A stretch of 34,756 bases of DNA from an uncultured Candidatus Saccharibacteria bacterium (lineage in GTDB: Bacteria; Patescibacteriota; Minisyncoccia; Phycocordibacterales; XYD1-FULL-46-19). The stretch covers positions 1-34,756 of the forward strand of contig CAYVQX010000002.1 of NCBI GenBank assembly GCA_964453715.1, given 5' to 3'. The notes beneath the pieces were generated by a model. That model was not told where the DNA came from, did not search any database, and worked only from the letters and a program-made list of their open reading frames with translations. Positions 1 to 6,905 of the stretch are shown in pieces; the first letter of the stretch is position 1; each line of letters begins with the position of its first letter. The translations under genes were made by a program, and so were the position numbers.

Positions 1-2
1 TG

Positions 3-833
3 CTACGGAAAAATGTGCCGTACCAAGTGTTAGGCACGCGCTTTTTTGACCGCAAAGAGGTTAAAGACTTAATTAGCTATTTAAAAGCCGCGCTAAACTC
101 GGAGGATTACGCGAGTTTAGCGCGCGCCATTGGCTCACCGGCGCGCGGCATTGGTAAAACCACTATTATGAAGTTGGCCCAAGGCGAGCGCGAGAGCTTG
201 CCCGCCGCCATGACTCGCAAGGTTAATGATTTTTATAAAATTTTGAGCGAGATTAAAACCGCGGTAGAAACTAAGCCCACATCAGAAGTAATTAAATTTA
301 CTCTCACCGCCTCTGGTTTAGAAACAAGTTTAAAAAAGGGGAGCGCCGAGGAACAAGAGCGCTTAGAGAACTTGCGCGAGTTGGTAACACTTGCCACCAA
401 GTATGATTACTTACCAGCGCCGGAGGGTATTATTGCTTTATTAGAAGAGGTGGCCCTCGCCAGCGAGCAAGACTCGTTAAATGAGAAGAAGGAGGGGGTT
501 AAACTTATGACCGTCCACGCCGCCAAGGGCTTGGAGTTTGATTACGTGTTTATTACCGGCTTAGAGCAAGACCTCTTCCCTCATGCGGGTTTTGGCGAGA
601 AGGATCGGGACGAAGAGGAGGAGCGGCGACTCTTTTATGTGGCTATTACTAGAGCGCGGAAAAAGGTTTATTTAACTTATGCTCAAACGCGGACCATCTT
701 CGGCTCCCGACAAGTAACTATCCCCTCGGAGTTTATCTTTGATATCTCCGATGATTTAATGGAGCTTAAAGAGCACCACCCTGTAGATTTACCGAATGGA
801 GGCAAGTCCTACCTCCCCGACATCTTTTTCTAA
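3..833 (+). CDS. UvrD/PcrA-family SF1 DNA helicase, C-terminal part (5' end outside the window)
   Basis: The frame is open from position 3 (LRKNVPYQVLG...), so the GTG at 15 in the ORF track is not a true start. SF1 C-terminal motifs are present: VHAAKGLEFDYVFITGLEQDLFPH and RRLFYVAITRARKKVYLTY (motif VI). Confidence 0.85.
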   Translation, partial: LRKNVPYQVLGTRFFDRKEVKDLISYLKAALNSEDYASLARAIGSPARGIGKTTIMKLAQGERESLPAAMTRKVNDFYKILSEIKTAVETKPTSEVIKFTLTASGLETSLKKGSAEEQERLENLRELVTLATKYDYLPAPEGIIALLEEVALASEQDSLNEKKEGVKLMTVHAAKGLEFDYVFITGLEQDLFPHAGFGEKDRDEEEERRLFYVAITRARKKVYLTYAQTRTIFGSRQVTIPSEFIFDISDDLMELKEHHPVDLPNGGKSYLPDIFF

Positions 834-1336
834 TTAGACTGATCGATTTTGTCTTGAATGTTTTTTTGGAAATATCCTTTGTATTTTTCTTGCAGCTCTG
901 GGATTTGCCAATCAGAACCCTGGATTAGTCCTCGGCAACTTTTTGTGCCACACTCACACTTCATGGCGTAGTTTCCTGAATCAGTCATAGCATAATCATA
1001 AGTTAATTCTTCACCCTCTTCGATATCTCTCATCGCCACGGTGGTAGAAAAATCTAATCCTGACCCGCAATTTGGCTCACAAGAATGATTAATTAAAAAT
1101 CCGGCTGGTGGATTATTAATATCTTTAGGACACACTTCTTCTCTATCGTTAATTTCATAACAAAGCTCACGCCAAATTTTTGGCATCTTAGCTAATTCAA
1201 CTTTAGTTAAAATTTGAATATCAGTTGTATTTTCAATAATCTCACCTTTATCAATCTTTTCTTTAGCAAAAAGGCCCCGGCCTTTATTGGCGGTTTCCCT
1301 TATAACAATCTTTGGATTTAAGTAATTTCCAACCAT
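830..1336 (-). CDS. Minimal SET-domain protein (putative protein-lysine methyltransferase), 168 aa
   Basis: GRGLFAKEKIDKGEII (AdoMet-binding GxG region), NHSCEPNC, ELTYDY, and a post-SET-like Cys cluster CECGTKSCRG. Its 3' end overlaps the helicase 3' end by 4 nt (convergent). Confidence 0.8.
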   Translation of the reverse strand: MVGNYLNPKIVIRETANKGRGLFAKEKIDKGEIIENTTDIQILTKVELAKMPKIWRELCYEINDREEVCPKDINNPPAGFLINHSCEPNCGSGLDFSTTVAMRDIEEGEELTYDYAMTDSGNYAMKCECGTKSCRGLIQGSDWQIPELQEKYKGYFQKNIQDKIDQSN

Positions 1337-1343
1337 TTTTTAA

Positions 1344-1352
1344 ATGCTAGCA
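1344..1352 (-). promoter_or_regulatory. Extended -10 (TGc-TAGCAT on the minus strand), 7 nt upstream of the SET gene ATG
   Basis: The minus strand reads cTGcTAGCATttaaaaaATG. There is no SD. Fits the leaderless pattern seen across the window. Confidence 0.35.
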
Positions 1353-1355
1353 GAG

Positions 1356-1385
1356 TTGGCAAAAATGAGCCAATAGTCGTATAGT
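1356..1385 (+). promoter_or_regulatory. rsmA promoter candidate: TTGGCA - 18 nt - TATAGT, then 6 nt to the ATG (leaderless)
   Basis: TTGGCA at 1356-1361, TATAGT at 1380-1385, ATG at 1392. No purine-rich SD in between (gcccat). Confidence 0.45.
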
Positions 1386-1391
1386 GCCCAT

Positions 1392-2147
1392 ATGGAGGTT
1401 AAAGCTAAAAAGTCGCTGGGGCAAAATTGGCTCAAAAATGAGCAAATTGTAAGGGAGATTGCCGCGGCCGCTAAAATTACCAAAAAAGATAAGGTCTTGG
1501 AGGTTGGCCCCGGTCAGGGAGTTTTAACTCGGGCCTTATTAGACTTAGGTGCCAATGTAGTGGCGGTGGAGAAGGATGATCGCTTAATTGATATTTTAAA
1601 ACAAAAATTTAGTTTAGAGATTATGAGTGATAAGTTAGAGATTATCCATCACGATATTTTAGACTTTGACCCAATTTTAATAAATCAAAAATATAAAGTG
1701 GTGGCCAACTTGCCTTACTATATTACCGGCGAGTTTATAAAAAAGTTTTTAACCACCCCCAATCAACCCGAGTTAATGGTGCTGATGCTACAAAAGGAGG
1801 TCGCCGAGCGCGTAGCTAAAGACAAAAAGGGGAGTGTGCTCGCTATGAGTGTTAAGGTTTATGGCGAGCCTAAATATTTACGCACAGTCTCGCGTGGCAA
1901 TTTTGAGCCAGCGCCTAAAGTAGATTCAGCTGTATTAGTGATAGAAAATATTTCTAAAAATTTATTCACTAAATATAAAATTAGTGAGAAGGAGTTTTTT
2001 AATACCTTAAAAAAAGGTTTTGGTAGTAAGCGTAAAAAGTTAAAAAATAATTTAAAACTAGCTGGTGAGTTATTGGCTAAGTATGGCGATAAACGACCAG
2101 AGGATTTACAATTAGAGGATTGGTTAAATATATGCGCGAACAATTAA
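1392..2147 (+). CDS. rsmA: 16S rRNA (adenine1518/1519-N6)-dimethyltransferase RsmA/KsgA
   Basis: KKSLGQNWL N-terminal motif, SAM motif VLEVGPGQGVLT, NLPYYIT motif. Size 251 aa. Confidence 0.9.
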   Translation: MEVKAKKSLGQNWLKNEQIVREIAAAAKITKKDKVLEVGPGQGVLTRALLDLGANVVAVEKDDRLIDILKQKFSLEIMSDKLEIIHHDILDFDPILINQKYKVVANLPYYITGEFIKKFLTTPNQPELMVLMLQKEVAERVAKDKKGSVLAMSVKVYGEPKYLRTVSRGNFEPAPKVDSAVLVIENISKNLFTKYKISEKEFFNTLKKGFGSKRKKLKNNLKLAGELLAKYGDKRPEDLQLEDWLNICANN

Positions 2148-2686
2148 AAACTTTATTTTTAGGTGTTTTAATCTTAGTTTTAGTCGGCTTTAGCGCCGCC
2201 TTTTATCAAGCCCTTAATAAAACCATCCCCGAGTTACGGCCTAAAGCCTTAATTGAGCCCCCATTAGAGCAGGTGGTAAGTGAGCCTAATGAGGCAACAA
2301 GTACCGAGCCAATCTTAAAAAGTAATCAAATTAGCGTTAGTGTAGGCACTACTACCTTAATTTTAGATCTAGCCACCACTAGCGCTGCGAGGACACAAGG
2401 CCTATCTGGTCGTAAAAGCTTGGCCGCCAACGCTGGCATGCTCTTTGTGTTTGAAAAAGCTGGTTTATACGGCTTTTGGATGAAGGAGATGAACTTCCCA
2501 TTAGATTTTATTTGGTTAGACAGTAACGGTAAGGTAATAGATATCACTAAAGGGGTGCCAGCCAACTCTTATCCTAAAGCTTTTTACCCCTCGGATCCGG
2601 CCAAATATGTTATTGAGGTCAATGCTGGCTGGGCCAATTTAAACAATCTAGAGATAGGTGACACCCTACAACCCCTTGATTTTTAA
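2132..2686 (+). CDS. DUF192-family protein with N-terminal signal/TM segment
   Basis: GLSGRKSL...GMLFVF...GFWMKEMNFPLDFIWLD matches the DUF192 signature. ATG 2132 is preferred over TTG 2120 (GAGGA at 2115-2119). Overlaps the rsmA 3' end. Confidence 0.75.
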   Translation: MREQLKTLFLGVLILVLVGFSAAFYQALNKTIPELRPKALIEPPLEQVVSEPNEATSTEPILKSNQISVSVGTTTLILDLATTSAARTQGLSGRKSLAANAGMLFVFEKAGLYGFWMKEMNFPLDFIWLDSNGKVIDITKGVPANSYPKAFYPSDPAKYVIEVNAGWANLNNLEIGDTLQPLDF

Positions 2687-2701
2687 GGCTTTTTTAAGCT
2701 T

Positions 2702-3070
2702 TTAGAGTCCCGACGAGCCAATCATCCTAATAATTCCACCTGGTACTGGCTCGGGGATCGCGCAGGGGATGAAACTAACCAATTTTTGGCAGGTAGCCAC
2801 TCCAAAAGCCGTGCCTAAAACCCACGGCCCAGGGGTAAAAATATTAAAATAAGGGTACAAAGTGGAGACTCCAGGCACATAGAGGAAAATGCCCGCCTTA
2901 GGTGGCCCAACGGTAATTTTGACCCCATTACAACAAATCTCACTTAATATAATCTTCCCACCAATTAAATTGGTAAGTCCAGGCACTTGGGCCCTAGCCG
3001 CAGTTGGGATTGAAAACAGTAATCCAAGGAGTAAAAATGGCGCTAAATATCTAGTAGTAATAGCCAACAT
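2702..3070 (-). CDS. Small secreted protein, 122 aa, 4 Cys in the mature part, no recognised family
   Basis: Signal peptide MLAITTRYLAPFLLLGLLFSIPTAARA/QV. Mature part is G/P-rich with CC...C...C. Has its own -10 box 6 nt upstream of the ATG. Divergent from the T4SS-like operon. Confidence 0.55.
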   Translation of the reverse strand: MLAITTRYLAPFLLLGLLFSIPTAARAQVPGLTNLIGGKIILSEICCNGVKITVGPPKAGIFLYVPGVSTLYPYFNIFTPGPWVLGTAFGVATCQKLVSFIPCAIPEPVPGGIIRMIGSSGL

Positions 3071-3076
3071 TTAATC

Positions 3077-3105
3077 AGTATAAACAATATTATTCTTATC
3101 CACAA
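3077..3105 (-). promoter_or_regulatory. Promoter candidate for 2702-3070: TTGTGG - 17 nt - TATACT - 6 nt - ATG (minus strand)
   Basis: The minus strand reads TTGTGGataagaataatattgtt TATACT gattaa ATG. The -35-like hexamer overlaps the TGTGGATAA 9-mer. Confidence 0.4.
3096..3104 (+). promoter_or_regulatory. Perfect DnaA-box consensus 9-mer TTATCCACA in the divergent intergenic region
   Basis: Exact match read directly from the sequence. It lies 26 nt from the ATG of 2702-3070 and 60 nt from the ATG of the T4SS-like operon. The function is not established. Confidence 0.35.
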
Positions 3106-3146
3106 AAAATAAAGTAATTTAAAGCTAAAAACTGGCCTAATTAAGG

Positions 3147-3152
3147 TATAAT
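3147..3152 (+). promoter_or_regulatory. -10 box TATAAT, 11 nt upstream of the first ATG of the T4SS-like operon
   Basis: ggTATAATaaagccataaaATG. No convincing -35 and no SD. Confidence 0.4.
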
Positions 3153-3163
3153 AAAGCCATAAA

Positions 3164-3910
3164 ATGGCCTTTAGTCTGCCTTTACCAACAAAAAAGTTTT
3201 GGCTTTTTGCCGGCCTTGCGGTCTTGGTAGTTTTAATCAGCCTTTGGTATGTAGGTAAGGGGTATCAAGACAATTTAGAAGCTACCAATTTGACTAATTT
3301 AAAATTATCGAAAGAAGAAGTTAGTTATTACAACAAAATAATAGCCCGCGCCATTGAGTTAAGGAGTATAACTAATCAAACTTTAACCCTTAAAGATAAG
3401 GCAAACTTAGACAACTTAACGTTAAAACCTGTTACCTCTGACTATAAATTATCAGATTTATCAATAGGGGTTAGTGAGGACGCCCCCTCATTAAAACTTT
3501 ACGGCCAAGCCTTAGGCCAAATTTTAAGCACCTTTAGTGCGGTTAGAACAAATGAGTTAAAGGTTATGCTTGATGCTCTAGATTCTCATGATCAAAGTCA
3601 ATTAGCTCAGTTAGTAAAAATAAAAAATGATTTAGATAATACTGTCTTAAAATTATTAAAACTCAAAACTCCCAAGAGTGCCGGATCAATACAATTACAA
3701 CTAATCAACAATTTAAATAATCAAAGCAAACTTATTAACAATATGGGCCAAGTTTTTGATCAGCCACTATTAGCTTTGGAAAGTGCCCAACTTGAATATA
3801 AAACTGTTGGTGAATTTTATCAGTTAACAGGGGAAATAAATAAATATTTTCGTACTCGAGGTGTTACCTTTAGCCCTAATGAAGCAGTTAAAATATACCA
3901 AACCATTTAA
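3164..3910 (+). CDS. Membrane-anchored protein, 248 aa (N-terminal TM, extracytoplasmic helical domain), first gene of the T4SS-like operon
   Basis: TM segment FWLFAGLAVLVVLISLWYV. The rest is L/N/K/Q-rich. The size and bitopic topology resemble VirB8-type scaffolds, but I see no motif for that. Confidence 0.6.
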   Translation: MAFSLPLPTKKFWLFAGLAVLVVLISLWYVGKGYQDNLEATNLTNLKLSKEEVSYYNKIIARAIELRSITNQTLTLKDKANLDNLTLKPVTSDYKLSDLSIGVSEDAPSLKLYGQALGQILSTFSAVRTNELKVMLDALDSHDQSQLAQLVKIKNDLDNTVLKLLKLKTPKSAGSIQLQLINNLNNQSKLINNMGQVFDQPLLALESAQLEYKTVGEFYQLTGEINKYFRTRGVTFSPNEAVKIYQTI

Positions 3911-3913
3911 CCT

Positions 3914-6904
3914 ATGAGCCCTATTATTAAAAAACTAACCTCCATCATTACCGCTATTGCTTTATGTATTGGGCCAATTAGCGTTTCAGCTCAAGCTCTT
4001 GCTGACCCTAATGCTTACCAACAAGTTATACAGAATAATAATTCTAGTGGTTCTATTTTTTCAAATTCCGACCCATTTGGTACTGGGAGTGTAATTGATG
4101 GCTACACTGGTGCTGGTGGGGGGAGCCAATTTTTACAACAAATTATGGGCGATCAAACTGCCTGTAAGGCTGACGCCCCACAAGCCCAAAATACCCAACA
4201 AACAGCCTTGGGTAAGGGTATTGGTCAGGGGGTATCTCAGGCCGCAATTCAAACTCTTCAAAAAGACTTTGGCAACCAATTACAACAAGCAGTTACTGCT
4301 GACTTACCACAAAGACTTCAAAACAATATTCAAACTCAATTGCCTCAAGTTTTTGCTACTAATTTACAGAAACATATTCAAGATTATGGTTTAGACCCAA
4401 ACAATATTTCCGATGAGGTTAAAACGGCTGTAATGCAAGAGAGTATCAACCAAATTGTAAAACAAAGTATGGGGGATAGTATTAAAAACTCTGTCCCAAC
4501 CGCCGTAAACAACTCGTTAAAACAGGGTCTAGCATCTAACCTCCCTAGCGCTTTAAGTAACTCACTACAAGGAACACTGGCCGGTCCACTCCAAAATGCT
4601 CTCTTAGGAGCAATTGCCGGTAATTCTAATATTGGCAGCAATTTAATTGATCAAGTCACTAGTAATATTGGCAGTAAAATTACCGCAGCAATTATGCCGC
4701 AATTAACTAGCTCAATTGATCAAATTACTTCCTCATTAACTGATGGTGTAGTTGGACAATTAGACCAATCTATTAATGGATTAATAAACAACTCAACAGG
4801 ATCAATAAATCAATCATTACAGCAAGTTACTAACTCTGTTACAAATTTAAGTCACACATTAACAACATCACTAACTAGCCCAATAAATGATCTAAGCACA
4901 GGATTAAATGGGTCAATTAGAGATTTAACAAATGCCTTCACTAACCCAGTAAACAACCTGTCCACTCAAATATCCCAGTCTGTTGGCAATTTAAGTCATC
5001 AATTAACAGGAGCCATTACTAACCCGATTAATGATATAAGTAAGCAAATTAGTAGCTCATTTGGTGGGATGGTTGATAATTTGGGTAAAACTATAACTAA
5101 TCCTATAAATCAAATTGCCGATCAGGTCTCTGGTGTGGCCAACAACGCAGTTCAACAAGTTGTTAAACCAGTAACAGATCTAGTTGGAAATACTGCTAGC
5201 GGTTTGGTTACTAACGTTTTAGGTGGTTCCGCAGGCGGATTACTAGGTGGTTTAGTTAGTGGTAGTGTACCCGTACATGAGGTGGGGGACTTATTAAGTG
5301 TGACCAAGGATATTAAGACTACAGAGGATGATTCTAAAAAGATTTTAATTGAGATTTGTGGGCACATTAAAGATGTACGCCGAATTGAACTAGCAATGGA
5401 GCAAAAGGAGTTTGTTCAAGACCCTCAAGCTCGTGACCAAGCTAATAAATTAACAGGTGATTACTCTAAACAATATTACGACTATTTAAATAGTGGCCAC
5501 ATTTCTAGTGCCAATGGTGAAAAAGATAGTTTTGTTATCCAAAACTATGGCGATTATCTACAAAGTAAGCGCGATGAAGCAGCAAGAATTACCCTTAATA
5601 ACGATCTTAAAAATTCTGGTGATATTTTTAAAGATACAACCAGAGAAATATTAACCAAACAAGAGGCTGCGAGCAAAAATTATCCAGCATCTACAATCTC
5701 TAAGTCTGATTACGATAAGCTCAAAAACCCTAGCCAACTTAGTAGTAATGATTTTACCGCTTTACTCACTAAGGTTTACGACCCAACCAAACCAAATAGT
5801 CCTTTAACCTCTTATATTATAAATAACGAGGTTTTACAACAAGCGAAAGATAGAGCTGAGCAATTAGCCATTGCTGAATCTCAATCATCCGGCTTTAAGC
5901 CAGTAGAGGAATGTGAGCAAAAATCTAGCGATGGACAAGATTGTTTAAAATGGAAGATTATTACTCCTAGCTCTATTGTAGAGCATAATACTGGAACAGT
6001 ATTAGATACTAAAGTTAATCAATTAGAACAAGTGCATGAAGTTAGTGATTTAAGTCAAAATACCCCAACCCCAAGCGTACAAGAGACCCAAACTCTCAAA
6101 CCTTCTGGCAGTACTGCTGGGGGCAGTTCTGGATTTAATATTGGTTTTCTTAGTAACGCCTTCTCTAATTTACTAAACCGACTAAGAGGGATTACTAGTG
6201 GAGGCTTAAATCTACCTGGAATTAGCGACGGCAACACTAGTGGCGGGAACACCGATAGCGGTGGTAGTTTAGATGTTAACTTTAATTTTACCTCGGCTAC
6301 AACTGATCAGATTTTATCTGGTGAAGCTAATAATGCCTTTTTAAACTGGCAGGCAACTGGAGCCTCCCAATGCGTGGCAAATAATGACTGGCTATCCTTA
6401 AAAGCCTCTGGTAATAAATTTGAAACTTTGGCTACCAAGGGGCAGGATGTTGGTACTAGTGGCAGCTTAACACTACATTTTCCTCTTACTTTTGAAGCCA
6501 AGTTAACCAGGTTACGCGATGGAGTTAACACTGATTGGGTGGCAGATAGTATAATTAATCCTAGTTTAACCCAACAAGTTAGCGCTTTAGCTATTAGCGC
6601 TAGTGATATTGCGGCCGGTGATCAATTTACCCTGACTGTTAAGAATGGTAACAGCTCAACCGCTCAAATCTCAACCACACTTACTACCGGATCAGCCAGC
6701 GAGCTTAATACAGGCTTAGAAAATGCTATTAATAACTTATCGGCCGGAAGTAATGAAGCTACACTATTTGGGCAATTCCTTATTACTACAGGGGTAAATC
6801 CAGAGGGAACTAGTTTTATCACTATGACCATTAACCCAATTTACCAAATTACCTGCACCAACGGATCAGACTCAATAGATAAAACTGTAAACATCATTAG
6901 ATAA
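3914..6904 (+). CDS. Large secreted Q/N/S/T-rich repeat protein, 996 aa (candidate surface fibre or adhesin)
   Basis: Signal peptide MSPIIKKLTSIITAIALCIGPISVSAQA. Long low-complexity helical-looking region with TNPIN-type repeats. The C-terminal ~250 aa looks beta-rich. Starts 3 nt after the previous stop. Confidence 0.75.
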   Translation: MSPIIKKLTSIITAIALCIGPISVSAQALADPNAYQQVIQNNNSSGSIFSNSDPFGTGSVIDGYTGAGGGSQFLQQIMGDQTACKADAPQAQNTQQTALGKGIGQGVSQAAIQTLQKDFGNQLQQAVTADLPQRLQNNIQTQLPQVFATNLQKHIQDYGLDPNNISDEVKTAVMQESINQIVKQSMGDSIKNSVPTAVNNSLKQGLASNLPSALSNSLQGTLAGPLQNALLGAIAGNSNIGSNLIDQVTSNIGSKITAAIMPQLTSSIDQITSSLTDGVVGQLDQSINGLINNSTGSINQSLQQVTNSVTNLSHTLTTSLTSPINDLSTGLNGSIRDLTNAFTNPVNNLSTQISQSVGNLSHQLTGAITNPINDISKQISSSFGGMVDNLGKTITNPINQIADQVSGVANNAVQQVVKPVTDLVGNTASGLVTNVLGGSAGGLLGGLVSGSVPVHEVGDLLSVTKDIKTTEDDSKKILIEICGHIKDVRRIELAMEQKEFVQDPQARDQANKLTGDYSKQYYDYLNSGHISSANGEKDSFVIQNYGDYLQSKRDEAARITLNNDLKNSGDIFKDTTREILTKQEAASKNYPASTISKSDYDKLKNPSQLSSNDFTALLTKVYDPTKPNSPLTSYIINNEVLQQAKDRAEQLAIAESQSSGFKPVEECEQKSSDGQDCLKWKIITPSSIVEHNTGTVLDTKVNQLEQVHEVSDLSQNTPTPSVQETQTLKPSGSTAGGSSGFNIGFLSNAFSNLLNRLRGITSGGLNLPGISDGNTSGGNTDSGGSLDVNFNFTSATTDQILSGEANNAFLNWQATGASQCVANNDWLSLKASGNKFETLATKGQDVGTSGSLTLHFPLTFEAKLTRLRDGVNTDWVADSIINPSLTQQVSALAISASDIAAGDQFTLTVKNGNSSTAQISTTLTTGSASELNTGLENAINNLSAGSNEATLFGQFLITTGVNPEGTSFITMTINPIYQITCTNGSDSIDKTVNIIR
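4871..5134 (+). repeat. Four degenerate 22-26 aa coding repeats (LTSPINDLS / TNPVNNLS / TNPINDIS / TNPINQIA) inside the 996-aa protein
   Basis: Repeat-initial Thr codons at 4874, 4940, 5018 and 5096, all in frame. The spacing is 22, 26 and 26 codons. Confidence 0.6.
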
Positions 6905-6905
6905 T

